Assembly: GCA_963756425.1 (NCBI GenBank)
Contig: CAVWNW010000003.1
Location: forward strand, 117,642 to 181,641
DNA length: 64,000 bases
Direction of reading: 5' to 3'
From: an uncultured bacterium
GTDB lineage: Bacteria; Actinomycetota; Acidimicrobiia; Acidimicrobiales; VFJN01
Shown here: positions 17,311 to 26,520 of the stretch, one piece after another
Layout of the letters: every line of letters starts with the position of its first letter
Numbering within the stretch: position 1 is the stretch's first letter
Translations under genes and position numbers: made by a program
Notes under the pieces: model-generated
What the model was told of the DNA's origin: nothing
The model's database searches: none
The model's input: only the letters and a program-made list of their open reading frames with translations

Positions 17311-18993
17311 TTAGCAGGTCGCACGCTCCCGTGCCCATCGATAGTCGGGCTTGCCGCTGACGAGGCGCTCGATGCCGCCCACGGCGATGTAGCGCTTCGG
17401 CACTTTGTACCCGGCCAGCGCCCCACGGGCATGGGCGTCCAGGGCGGCACCGTCGATCGCGGCGCCGCGCCCCACGACCAACGCCCGCACCTCGTGCCCC
17501 CACCGGGCGGACGGCACGCCCACCACCAGGCAGTCGGCCACGGCATCGTGCGCCAGCAGCACCCGTTCGACCTCCTCGGCGAACACCTTCTCGCCCCCGG
17601 TGTTGATGCACACTGCCTCGCGCCCCAGCAGTGTGATCGTGCCGTCCGGGCCCTTGCGCACGGCGTCGCCCGTGACGGCGAAGCGCCCGAGCGGGCCGTG
17701 CCGGAAGACCCGGGCGGTCGCCGCCTCGTCGCGGTAGTAGCCGCGGGCAACGTGTTCGACGCGTGCGAGGGAACCCGGCTCCGGGGCCCCCGGCGCCACC
17801 GCCTTGCCGTCATCGTCGAGGACGTCGTTGCCCGGCAGGAGCGTGAACGACTCCTCGATGCAGTCGGCGGTGGCCCGGGCGATGGCCTGGAGCCCGGTCT
17901 CTGACGCGCCCAGCGAGTCGCGGATCTCGAGGTGCGGCACCTCGTTCAGCAGCCGGCGCTTGGTGGCGACCGAGAGCAGGGCACTGCCGGCGGTGAGGAA
18001 CCGCAGGCTGGACGTGTCGTGCGACCTCACGGCCAGCGCGTCGGCGATCGGGACGCCGAGCGTGTCGCCGATGAGCATCCCGTCGGTGGCCCGCTCCTCC
18101 TCCACCAACCGCACGAACTCGGCGGCCGAGAACCCCGTGTCGGTGGGCAGCACCAGCGCCGTGCCGCCCCGCACGAGGGCCTGGAGGGCGACCGCCTGGG
18201 CGGCGAAGTGCACGAGTGCAGTGGTGCAGATGGAGCGCGGTGGCTCCTCCGCGAGCGCGACGTCGATGGCTGCGCCCGCCGTGGGCTCCGCCGCGGCGTC
18301 GAGCAGCTCGTGCCCGCGCAGCGACGTCACGAAGAACTCGCGGCTCGCCCAGAGCACCCCCTTGGGCGTGCCGGTGGTGCCACCCGTGCAGATCATCACC
18401 AGGTCGTCGGACGACGGGCGGGTCGCGCCCGCGGCCAGCGGCGCTGCGGCCGCAAGCGCCGCCTCGTAGTGCCGCGCCCCGGGCACCGTGTCGCCATCGG
18501 CCGCATCGCCCACCTGCAGGACCAGCGCCGGCGGGGCGGGGAGCAGGGGCAGCGCCGCCGCCACGACGGGGGCCAGCCGCCCCGAGAACACCAGGGCCCG
18601 CGCGTCCATCCGGCGCAGGAGGTCCGCCGTCTCCGTGGCGGTGTAGCGGGTGTTGACGTTGAACGCCAGGGCCCGGGCCGCCGAGGCCCCGAGGAACGCC
18701 TCGATGTACTCGGGCCCGTTCTCGAGCATGAGCCCGATGTGGTCGTGGGGGCTGCCGAGCGGCGGGACCTCGTCCGCCTCCCGGGGGCGCCCCAGCCCGC
18801 TCCCGGAGAGGACACCCGCTACCGACGAGACCCGGTCACGCAGCTCACCCCACGACACCCGCCGATCCCGGAACACGATCGCCGGGCGCTCGGGCGGGAC
18901 CCGCTCGGACACCGCCCCGAACCACGACGCCGCGGCGTGTGTGGGCGGCGTTGCCGTCGTGACCAGGCGGTTGGGGGCGCTGTCGCGCTCCAC
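17311..18993 (-). CDS. AMP-dependent acyl-CoA synthetase/ligase
   Basis: MICTGGTTGTPKGVLW and SLGASETG motifs, and the C-terminal GKPDYRWA. Confidence 0.8.
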   Translation of the reverse strand: MERDSAPNRLVTTATPPTHAAASWFGAVSERVPPERPAIVFRDRRVSWGELRDRVSSVAGVLSGSGLGRPREADEVPPLGSPHDHIGLMLENGPEYIEAFLGASAARALAFNVNTRYTATETADLLRRMDARALVFSGRLAPVVAAALPLLPAPPALVLQVGDAADGDTVPGARHYEAALAAAAPLAAGATRPSSDDLVMICTGGTTGTPKGVLWASREFFVTSLRGHELLDAAAEPTAGAAIDVALAEEPPRSICTTALVHFAAQAVALQALVRGGTALVLPTDTGFSAAEFVRLVEEERATDGMLIGDTLGVPIADALAVRSHDTSSLRFLTAGSALLSVATKRRLLNEVPHLEIRDSLGASETGLQAIARATADCIEESFTLLPGNDVLDDDGKAVAPGAPEPGSLARVEHVARGYYRDEAATARVFRHGPLGRFAVTGDAVRKGPDGTITLLGREAVCINTGGEKVFAEEVERVLLAHDAVADCLVVGVPSARWGHEVRALVVGRGAAIDGAALDAHARGALAGYKVPKRYIAVGGIERLVSGKPDYRWARERATC

Positions 18994-18999
18994 GGGGGG

Positions 19000-19764
19000 T
19001 CAGCGGCCGAAGCCGCCGCCGTCGACAGCGATGCGTTGGCCGGTCACCAGCGTGCACCGGTCGGAGACGAGGAAGCGCACGACCGAGGCGATGTCCTCGG
19101 GCTCGCAGACCCGCCCGAGTGGCACGTTGCGGTCGAGGTCGTGGATGTCGTCGACGCCCAGGGCGCCCTTGGCTACGCGGCGGCCCATATCTGTGTTGAC
19201 GAGACCCCCGGCCACCACGTTGACGCGGATGCCGTTGCGGGCCTCCTCGCGGGCGAGCGTGAACGCGAGCGCCTCGAGTCCCGCCTTCGCCATCGTGTAG
19301 GGGGCGGAGTTGGGGTCGAAGCTCTGCGTGGACTGGCTGGAGATCAGGACGACATCGCCTCGCGGCCGCGCCCGCAGGTGGGGTACCGCCAACTGGCAGA
19401 CATGGTGGGCGCCGAAGGCGTGGATGCCCATGACCCGCTCGAGGTCGGCGATCTCGGTGTCGGCGACGGTCCGGCCGCGGTTGGTCACCCCTGCGTTGTG
19501 GACGACGGCGTCGAGCTGGCCGAAGCCGGCGACGACCGCGTCCACCATCGCCTGCGTCTCCTCGAGCGAGTCGACCGACGCCTGGAACGACTCGCCCCGC
19601 CGTCCCCGCCGGGAGATCTCGGCCACCGTCTCGTCGGCGGCGTCCTTGTCGCGGCGATAGTTCACCGCCACGTCGAAGCCGTCCTCGGCGAGGCCGACGG
19701 AGATGGCCCGCCCGATCCCCCGCCCGCCGCCTGTCACCAGCGCGACCCGACCGTTCCCGTCCAT
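19000..19764 (-). CDS. SDR (FabG-like 3-oxoacyl reductase type)
   Basis: LVTGGGRGIGRA, HNAGV and YTMAKAG motifs. The true start ATG 19764 lies inside a longer artefactual ORF. Confidence 0.85.
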   Translation of the reverse strand: MDGNGRVALVTGGGRGIGRAISVGLAEDGFDVAVNYRRDKDAADETVAEISRRGRRGESFQASVDSLEETQAMVDAVVAGFGQLDAVVHNAGVTNRGRTVADTEIADLERVMGIHAFGAHHVCQLAVPHLRARPRGDVVLISSQSTQSFDPNSAPYTMAKAGLEALAFTLAREEARNGIRVNVVAGGLVNTDMGRRVAKGALGVDDIHDLDRNVPLGRVCEPEDIASVVRFLVSDRCTLVTGQRIAVDGGGFGR

Positions 19765-19790
19765 GCGCGGTCCCCCTCGTGCTCGGTCGC

Positions 19791-20564
19791 TCAGTCCAGG
19801 ATCGTGGGATCGCGGCGCAGCTCGCGCCGGGCCATCGACTCGAACAGGCCGGTGAACTGGTGCGTGTTGAAGAAGTCGCCGTAGTTGCGGGCCGCGTCTC
19901 GGTTCATTGGCGTGCCGCCCCCGGCCGCGGCGATGTGCCAGGCCTGGTGGCAGCGCCACTCGAACGACATGGCCCGCAGGTAGGCCTGTTCGATGTCCTT
20001 GGCCAGCACCAAGACGCCGTGGTTTGCCAGGAGCCCGACGTTGGCGTCGCCCATCGCCTTCACCGCCGCCTGGGCGTTGCGGGCATCGTCGACGGCGCCC
20101 CAGTACTCGTCGTAGACCGCCACCTCGCCGTGGTACAGCGCGCTGGTCTGGTCGTAGACCTCGGGGGCCCGCCCGATGTCGGCCCAGATCGTCCCCCAGC
20201 GGGAGTGGTTGTGGATGGCCACGCCGACGTCGTGGCGAGCCTTGTGCAGTTCGACGTGCAGGGTGATCGCCGGCGTGATGGTCCACGGACCATCGAGCTC
20301 CTTGCCGTCGGCGTCCATGCGCATCACGTCACTCGCCCGGAGCTCGTCCCACGTCAGCCCGAACGGATTGACGAGGAAGGTGCCGTCGGCCTGCTTGTAG
20401 GTGATGTGCCCGGCGAGGTGGTCGTTGTAGCCCTCAGAGAACAGGCACCGGGCCAGCAGCGCGAGCTCCTGGGCCGGCGTCAGCTCCGGCAGGGCCGGCG
20501 CGTAGGCCTTGGTGACCTTCATCGCCTTCATCTGTGTGGGCTTGCCGCTGTCGACGGTGGTCAT
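19791..20564 (-). CDS. Class II aldolase/adducin-domain protein
   Basis: AIHNHS and LLANHGVLVLA motifs. ATG 20564 is preferred (GGAGG 8 nt upstream) over GTG 20573. Confidence 0.75.
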   Translation of the reverse strand: MTTVDSGKPTQMKAMKVTKAYAPALPELTPAQELALLARCLFSEGYNDHLAGHITYKQADGTFLVNPFGLTWDELRASDVMRMDADGKELDGPWTITPAITLHVELHKARHDVGVAIHNHSRWGTIWADIGRAPEVYDQTSALYHGEVAVYDEYWGAVDDARNAQAAVKAMGDANVGLLANHGVLVLAKDIEQAYLRAMSFEWRCHQAWHIAAAGGGTPMNRDAARNYGDFFNTHQFTGLFESMARRELRRDPTILD

Positions 20565-20569
20565 GTCGT

Positions 20570-21670
20570 TCACCTCCGCTCGAGGATGTTCTGGAGCCGG
20601 GGGCCGTAGAAGCGCAGCGCGTTCTCACCGAGGATCTTGCGCTCGACGTCCTCGGCCAGCCCCCGCTCACGGACGTGCTTCACCGCGCCCGGGTACACGG
20701 CGTCGTGGTGCGGGTAGTCGGAGGCGAACATCACGTTGTCGGCCCAGCCCAGCCCGAGGGTCGCCTCCAGGCCGGGCTCCTCGATCTCGAAGGTGAGCCA
20801 CGACCGGCGGTTGATGGTCCCCTTGGGGTCGCCCCCGTGGAAGTCCTCGGGTGCGAGCTCGAAGTGCTCCTCGATGCGGTCCACCCACGTCGGCGCCCAG
20901 CCGCAGCCGGCCTCCAGGAAGCCGAGCCTGAGGCTGGGGAACCGCTCGAAGAGGCCCGCCAGCGTGGTGACGAGCATGCCGGTCATCTGCTCGAAGACGT
21001 GGCTGACGACGTGGCACCCGGCGTAGCTCGGCATGCGGTCGACCCCGACGGTGTCGAGGCCCGAGATGTACGCCTCGTGGAGCCCGACGGGGACATCGAG
21101 CCGCTGCGCCGCCTCCCAGAGCCGGTCGAAGTCCGGATGGTCGACCGTGCGGCCACCGACCTTGTTGGGGCGGATGACGCCGCCGACGAAGCCGTGCGCG
21201 TCGACGGCGCGTTCCAGCTCGGCGGCGGCCAGGCCGGGATCCTGTTGCGGCAGCAGCGCCACGCCGACGAGGCGATCGGGATCGGTGGAGCAGTAGCCGG
21301 CGAGCCAGTCGTTGTAGGCGGCGCACAGTGCGGCGGCGATGTCGGGGTTCTCGAGCAGCCCGAACATCATTCCCACGCTCGGGTAGAGCACGGCTGCGTC
21401 GATCCCCTCGTCCTCGAGCACCTGGAGCCGGACCCGGGGGTCGCGGCCACCCTCGCGGCGCTCCCCACCGGCCGAGACGTGGTTCTGCAGGCCGCCCGGG
21501 TACGGGTACTTCGACCGCCAGAGCCGCCCCTCGATCTCGTAGGTGACGTGGCCGCCGGCGACCGACACGAAGCGCATGGCGTGCGGCTGCATGGCCGCCG
21601 GGATGGCGTCGACGAGCTCGGCCAGGTTCTCCTCGACGTGCCCATCGGCATCGATGACCAGCGGCATCAT
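20570..21670 (-). CDS. Amidohydrolase-2 (PF04909/ACMSD-like) metal-dependent hydrolase/decarboxylase
   Basis: VIDADGHVEE at the N-terminus and FASDYPHHD near the C-terminus. Confidence 0.8.
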   Translation of the reverse strand: MMPLVIDADGHVEENLAELVDAIPAAMQPHAMRFVSVAGGHVTYEIEGRLWRSKYPYPGGLQNHVSAGGERREGGRDPRVRLQVLEDEGIDAAVLYPSVGMMFGLLENPDIAAALCAAYNDWLAGYCSTDPDRLVGVALLPQQDPGLAAAELERAVDAHGFVGGVIRPNKVGGRTVDHPDFDRLWEAAQRLDVPVGLHEAYISGLDTVGVDRMPSYAGCHVVSHVFEQMTGMLVTTLAGLFERFPSLRLGFLEAGCGWAPTWVDRIEEHFELAPEDFHGGDPKGTINRRSWLTFEIEEPGLEATLGLGWADNVMFASDYPHHDAVYPGAVKHVRERGLAEDVERKILGENALRFYGPRLQNILERR

Positions 21671-21720
21671 GGCCCCCTCGAGCGTGGATCGACGGCGGCA
21701 TCATAGGCCATCTCGGCCTT

Positions 21721-21735
21721 CATATAAAAGATATG
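21721..21735. promoter_or_regulatory. AT-rich palindrome CATAT-AAAAG-ATATG in a divergent promoter region
   Basis: The only AT-rich patch in the 200-bp divergent region between the amidohydrolase operon and the deaminase gene. Confidence 0.3.
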
Positions 21736-21870
21736 TACGCTGGGCTGCGGCCGTGGTTCCGGCGCTCCAATGCGCCGGGAACCGTCGATCCGGAACGCCG
21801 GTTCGGCCGCGCTCGGGTCGCGGAGCCGTAGGGTGGCCAGAGACCCGCGGGCCGGCAACGGGGGTGATCG

Positions 21871-22329
21871 GTGAACGACGACGAGCGCTGGCTCGAGTTG
21901 GCGCTGGAGCAGGCCCGGCTCGGGCGGACCGAGGGCGGCGTACCCATCGGCGCCGTGCTGGTGGCCGACGGGCGGGTGCTGGGCACCGGGCGCAACCGCC
22001 GGGTCCAGCTGGGCAGCGCCATCCGCCACGGGGAGACCGACGCGATCGAGAACGCCGGCAGGCTGCCGGCCACCACCTACCGGCGGGCCACGATGTACAC
22101 CACGCTTTCGCCGTGCTTCATGTGCGCCGGCACGCTCCTGCACTACGGCGTCGCCCGGGTGGTCATCGGCGAGAACGCCACCTTCCTCGGCGCCGAGGGT
22201 CTGCTGCGCCAGCAGGGCGTGGAGCTCGTCAACCTCGACTCGGCCGAGTGCCGACAGCTCATGCGGGAGTTCATCGCCGCCGAGCCGGCCCTGTGGCACG
22301 AGGACATCGGGGAGGAGGAGCCGGGATAG
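21871..22329 (+). CDS. Cytosine deaminase of the yeast Fcy1 / CMP-dCMP deaminase fold
   Basis: HGE...PCFMC zinc motifs. Collinear resemblance to yeast Fcy1 (GGVPIG.., TLYTTLSPC.MC.G, GENV/ATF, W.EDIGE). Confidence 0.8.
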   Translation: MNDDERWLELALEQARLGRTEGGVPIGAVLVADGRVLGTGRNRRVQLGSAIRHGETDAIENAGRLPATTYRRATMYTTLSPCFMCAGTLLHYGVARVVIGENATFLGAEGLLRQQGVELVNLDSAECRQLMREFIAAEPALWHEDIGEEEPG

Positions 22330-22351
22330 CGGGGCGGGACCCGGCATTCCC

Positions 22352-22445
22352 GAGGCAATGGGTTCCGGATCGGGGAGCTCGAGGTCATGGGTTCCGGCTT
22401 CGGAACCCATGACCTCGGCCTCGCCCTGGCGGAACCTATGACCTC
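22352..22445. repeat. Nested-palindrome intergenic element, copy 2 (same 0/29/50/79 geometry)
   Basis: GAGGCAATGGGTTCC 22352, GAGGTCATGGGTTCC 22381, GGAACCCATGACCTC 22402, GGAACCTATGACCTC 22431. The element starts 23 nt after the deaminase stop. Confidence 0.85.
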
Positions 22446-22722
22446 GGCTCGCTCTCGCCTGCGGTCCTCCAGGCCCGGTCGAGCCGGGCTAGGCGCGAGG
22501 GGCACGACCTCGGTTGTCGATGACATGTGTGATGGACCTCCCGGAGTGGACGAACGCGTTCCTGGTGGGGACACGCTTCGCCCGGGAGGCCCACGCGCAC
22601 GGGCTACGGCGACCGCATGGTGATTGGTCAGGCCGCGTCAACATCGGCGCATGGTGCGGAGCGTAACGCAGCGGCCGTTTCGGATCGCTCGATAACGGAG
22701 GGGCGGTCGATGGTCGACCGGG

Positions 22723-23631
22723 TCAGGGCCGAAGGACGTACCTCCCGCGCACGCCGCCCTTCGCGACCGCGCGGTGGGCGGTGGCCACCTGGTCGAGCGG
22801 GAGCACGGCGTGTACCCGCGCCGGTAGCCGGCCGCTGGCGGTGGCGTCGAGGAGCTCGGCGAGCCGAGCACCGTCGGGCTGCGTCACCACCACCTGGACG
22901 GTGACGCCGCGCTCCTCCGCCGGCGCCGCGCCCGGCTGCACGCCGACGAAGATGCCTCCGTCGCGGACCAGGGCGATGCCCTGCTCCTGGAGCACGGCGC
23001 CATCGGCTACCGCGTCCCAGCCGGGCGCGGCCTCGACGGTGAAGTCGGCACCAAGGCCGCGCACGAACCCCTCATCCTGCGCCCGGGCCAGTCCGGTGAC
23101 CCGCCAGCCGCGGTCCTGGGCGAGCGAGGCGACGTACCCGCCGACCGCGCCCGCGGCCCCGGTCACCAGCAGGCTGCGGCCTCGGCCGTCGCCCAGCAGG
23201 TCGACGATCTGGGCTGCGGCCAGGCCGTTGAGCGGGACCGTGGCTGCAGATGCCAGGTCCAGGCCGTCGGGCACGAGAGCGGTGTCGCGCACCGGAACGA
23301 CCAGTTGCTCGGCGTACGTGCCGAAGTCGCGGTCGAACCCGGTGACGAGCCCGGCGACCGGACTGCCGACCGGGAGGTCGACATCCGGACCGACCGCCGT
23401 GACGGTGCCGGCGAAGTCCCAGCCCAGGCCGGTGTGGTCGGGCTGGTCGATCAGCCCGCGCTCGTGGAACACCCCGGCGGCGAGCGCCAGGTCGACGGGA
23501 TTGACCGTGGCCCCGGCGATCTCGACCCGGACCTGGCCCGGCCCGGGCTCGACGACGGGCACGTCGATGATCTCGATGGAGTCGGGACCACCCGGGGTGC
23601 GGACGACCGCGGTGCGGAAGGTGGTGGACAT
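22723..23631 (-). CDS. MDR-family NADPH:quinone oxidoreductase / zinc-type alcohol dehydrogenase-like
   Basis: GVNPVDL-type N-domain and LVTGAAGAVGGY Rossmann motif. AGGAGG RBS lies before ATG 23631. Confidence 0.8.
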   Translation of the reverse strand: MSTTFRTAVVRTPGGPDSIEIIDVPVVEPGPGQVRVEIAGATVNPVDLALAAGVFHERGLIDQPDHTGLGWDFAGTVTAVGPDVDLPVGSPVAGLVTGFDRDFGTYAEQLVVPVRDTALVPDGLDLASAATVPLNGLAAAQIVDLLGDGRGRSLLVTGAAGAVGGYVASLAQDRGWRVTGLARAQDEGFVRGLGADFTVEAAPGWDAVADGAVLQEQGIALVRDGGIFVGVQPGAAPAEERGVTVQVVVTQPDGARLAELLDATASGRLPARVHAVLPLDQVATAHRAVAKGGVRGRYVLRP

Positions 23632-23697
23632 GTTCGCCTCCTGGGGTCGCATGAGCGGTGTTCCACCACCACGATCCACGAGTTACTCTCTATTGGG

Positions 23698-23709
23698 AAG
23701 TAGGTACTT
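23698..23709. promoter_or_regulatory. Candidate HxlR operator AAGTA-GG-TACTT
   Basis: 5-2-5 inverted repeat in the 118-bp divergent region between the quinone reductase and HxlR genes. Confidence 0.3.
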
Positions 23710-23749
23710 CAAGGTGCGTATCTCACCGTGAGGTAGGAAGGAGCAGCCG

Positions 23750-24190
23750 ATGCCCACGATGTCGGCGGCCGAGAAGCGGGCTCAGGCCAAGATGGAGTAC
23801 GACGCGTTCCTGGCGAACTGTCCCAGCCGCCAGGTCCTCGACCGGATCTCCGACAAGTGGGTGACGCTGGTCTTGGCCGCGCTCGGCAGCGAGGGCCCGC
23901 AGCCCGGGCGAGACTGCGCCGGTGAGCCGCGGCCGATGCGCTACTCCGAGCTGTCCCGGCGGCTGGCCGGGGTCAGCCAGAAGATGCTCACGCAGACACT
24001 GCGCTACCTGGAACGCGACGGCTTGCTCACCCGCACGGTGACGCCGACCGTGCCCGTCACCGTCACCTACGAGCTGACCGACCTGGGGTCCTCGCTCCAA
24101 GACGTCATGGGCGGCATCAAGGCGTGGGCGGAAGAGCACATCGACGAGGTCCACGCCAACCGCGAGAAGTACGACACCCGAGTCGGCTAG
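23750..24190 (+). CDS. HxlR-family winged-helix transcriptional regulator
   Basis: CPSRQVLDRISDKWVTLVL...YSELSRRLAGVSQKMLTQTLRYLERDGLLTR. Divergent from an oxidoreductase, as is typical for this family. Confidence 0.85.
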   Translation: MPTMSAAEKRAQAKMEYDAFLANCPSRQVLDRISDKWVTLVLAALGSEGPQPGRDCAGEPRPMRYSELSRRLAGVSQKMLTQTLRYLERDGLLTRTVTPTVPVTVTYELTDLGSSLQDVMGGIKAWAEEHIDEVHANREKYDTRVG

Positions 24191-24213
24191 TCAGCGGCGG
24201 TTACGGTGTCGAA

Positions 24214-25182
24214 ATGTTGACGACTCCCGTCTGTGAGTTGTTCGGCGTGACCCATCCGGTGGTGCTGGGCGGGATGGGCTTGGGGACCAACCCCGATCTC
24301 GTCGGCGCGGTCTCCAACGCCGGGGGGCTCGGCATCCAGGGTTGCGCGGGCCGCCCACCCGACGACATCGCGCGGCTGGCGGCCGCCATTCGGGACCGGA
24401 CCGACCGGCCGTTCGGCCTCAATCTGCTGCTGTTCATGGCAGGTGAGGCCGAATGGGCCGCGGCCGTGGCCACGCGTCCACCGGTCGTGTCGACGGCTTG
24501 GCCCAGAGCCGATCAGCCGCTCGCCGAGCTCTTCGACCTGGCGCACGAGGCGGGAGCCAAGGTGCTGCACATGGTGTCCACCGTGCCCGAGGCGGAGCGT
24601 GCGGCGGCGGCAGGAGCCGACGCGATCGTTGCGCAAGGCACGGAGGGCGGCGGCCACGTCGGGCTGATGGGGACGATGGTGCTGGTGCCGATGGTGGCCC
24701 GTGCCATCGCGCCCGTCCCCGTGATCGCCGCCGGCGGTCTCGCCGACGGTGCCGGCCTCGCCGCCGCACTGATGCTCGGTGCGCAAGGCGCGCTGTTCGG
24801 GACCCGCTTTCTCGCGACGACCGAAGCGCCGATCCCCGAAACGTACAAGCAGGTGATCGTCGACAGCGACGGCCACAACACGGTGCTGACGGAGCTACCG
24901 GACGTCGCCAGCTCGACCGTGTGGCCCGGCGCCTACGCCCGCATAGAACGCAACCGGTTCTACGAGACGTGGGCCGGGCGAGAGGGCGAGTTGCGCTTCC
25001 GCCACGCCGAGGCACTGGCATCGGCATGGCGAGCACTCGAAGCCGGCGACACTGACGACGCGTTCCTCTACACCGGCCAAACCGCTGGGCTCATCGACAC
25101 CATCGAACCCGCCCAGGTCGTCGTCGAGCGGATCGTGACCGAGGCCACCGAGCGGCTACGCGGCACAGCGTTCGTCGGCTGA
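24214..25182 (+). CDS. Nitronate monooxygenase (2-nitropropane dioxygenase, NMO) family
   Basis: HPVVLGGMG and DAIVAQGTEGGGHVG motifs. Confidence 0.8.
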   Translation: MLTTPVCELFGVTHPVVLGGMGLGTNPDLVGAVSNAGGLGIQGCAGRPPDDIARLAAAIRDRTDRPFGLNLLLFMAGEAEWAAAVATRPPVVSTAWPRADQPLAELFDLAHEAGAKVLHMVSTVPEAERAAAAGADAIVAQGTEGGGHVGLMGTMVLVPMVARAIAPVPVIAAGGLADGAGLAAALMLGAQGALFGTRFLATTEAPIPETYKQVIVDSDGHNTVLTELPDVASSTVWPGAYARIERNRFYETWAGREGELRFRHAEALASAWRALEAGDTDDAFLYTGQTAGLIDTIEPAQVVVERIVTEATERLRGTAFVG

Positions 25183-26376
25183 ACGCCACCCTGGTGGGGA
25201 AGCCCGGCTGGGGTCGTGGGGCGTGGTGTTGCGGACGCGGCCAAGCGGGTCGGTGACCTCGAGGGTGGCATCGGGCAGGAGCTTGGCGTGCCACCCGGCC
25301 TTGTGGAGCAGGTGGTGGTGCCGGGAGCACAGCAGCACGAGGTTCGAGAGCTGCGTCGGTCCGCCGAACAGCCAGGGGCGGACGTGATGACCCTCGCACC
25401 AGGCCGCCGGCCGATCACAGCCCGGGAACCGGCAACGCTGGTCGCGGACGACGAGGGCGTTGAACAGCGGGGCCGGGATGGTGCGGGTGGCGGTGCCGTA
25501 GTCGAGGATGGCTGAGCGGCCTCTGGTGAGCACCCGGTGCAGGGCGGCGTCGCACAGCAGCCGCTCGACCGTCGTGCGATCGAGGCCTGTGCCATCGACG
25601 GTCGTGGCCCCGGCGCCGCTCAATGCCCGGAAGCGCTCGATGTCGAGGACGAGGTTGATGTGGGGACGGTGGCGGCCGGCGCGCCGCGTCCGTTGGTGGT
25701 CGAGGAAGAACCGGCAGACGTCGGAGAGCGCGTCGGCCCGGCGGGCGGCGGCACTGCGGGCCGGCTCGTCGTCGGCATCGGGGGTTTGGGCGATGCGCAG
25801 GGCGGTGGCGAGCAGTTCGCCGGTTTCGGCGCCCAGGTTGGCGTCGAGACGCCACCGGCCGGCGAGCGTCCGCGACAGGTGGAGATGGTGGGGCGACTCG
25901 GGCTTGGGGTCGCGGTGGGCGGTGGCGCAGTCGGACCATGCCCGCATGGCGGTGGCGACATCCCGCACGGGGAGGTCGACCAGCGTGGGCACCAGCGCAG
26001 CCTCGTGCTCGGCGAACAGATCGAGCGTCTCGGCGTCGAGGTTGCTGGCGATGGCCTCGACCTGGCCGGTCGACAGCACGCCGTCCCGCCAGGCCCCGGC
26101 GGTGATGGGCAGGTGCGCGAGCTTGCGGGCCCGCGACGTCGTCGCCGCAGCACGCGGACGGGGCATGGCCGCCCGGTCGACGAGCCAGGCGGTCATCGAG
26201 GTGGCGCCGTCGAGCTCCCAAAGACCGGCTCGGTCGTGCGCGGCCACGGCCGAGCTGATGCGGGCCTCCAGCCGATCGCGCAGCGCAAGCAGGGCCTCCA
26301 AGGCATCACCGTCAAGAGGAATGTCGAGCCCTTCGATTGCGCTCCCCAGCTGCTCGAACACGCCACAATCGTACAC
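25156..26376 (-). CDS. DUF222 / HNH endonuclease protein (REP13E12-like family)
   Basis: C-terminal HNH region CRFPGCDRPAAWCEGHHVRPW...NLVLLCSRHHHLLH. The N-terminal DUF222-like region is helical. The 3' end overlaps the NMO 3' end by 27 nt. Confidence 0.8.
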   Translation of the reverse strand: MYDCGVFEQLGSAIEGLDIPLDGDALEALLALRDRLEARISSAVAAHDRAGLWELDGATSMTAWLVDRAAMPRPRAAATTSRARKLAHLPITAGAWRDGVLSTGQVEAIASNLDAETLDLFAEHEAALVPTLVDLPVRDVATAMRAWSDCATAHRDPKPESPHHLHLSRTLAGRWRLDANLGAETGELLATALRIAQTPDADDEPARSAAARRADALSDVCRFFLDHQRTRRAGRHRPHINLVLDIERFRALSGAGATTVDGTGLDRTTVERLLCDAALHRVLTRGRSAILDYGTATRTIPAPLFNALVVRDQRCRFPGCDRPAAWCEGHHVRPWLFGGPTQLSNLVLLCSRHHHLLHKAGWHAKLLPDATLEVTDPLGRVRNTTPHDPSRASPPGWRSADERCAA

Positions 26377-26520
26377 CAGTTCGCATACCCAGGCAAGCCG
26401 AAAACCCTGGTCAGAGCATGTTTTGGGGTAGCGGCGACCCGCACCAAGCCGGGGTCAAGGGCGGCCGAAGGCCGGCGCCAGCGAACCCTTGACGCCGGCG
26501 CACCCGAACCCGTCCAAGAC

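Noticed and set aside
22446-22722. ~280-bp apparently non-coding stretch after the repeat element, examined for a small gene, tRNA or riboswitch
   Set aside because: Only artefact-like ORFs (22387-22623 +, 22617-22904 +) and a short hairpin (GCCCGG-TCGA-CCGGGC) were found. Nothing can be supported without covariance-model searches.
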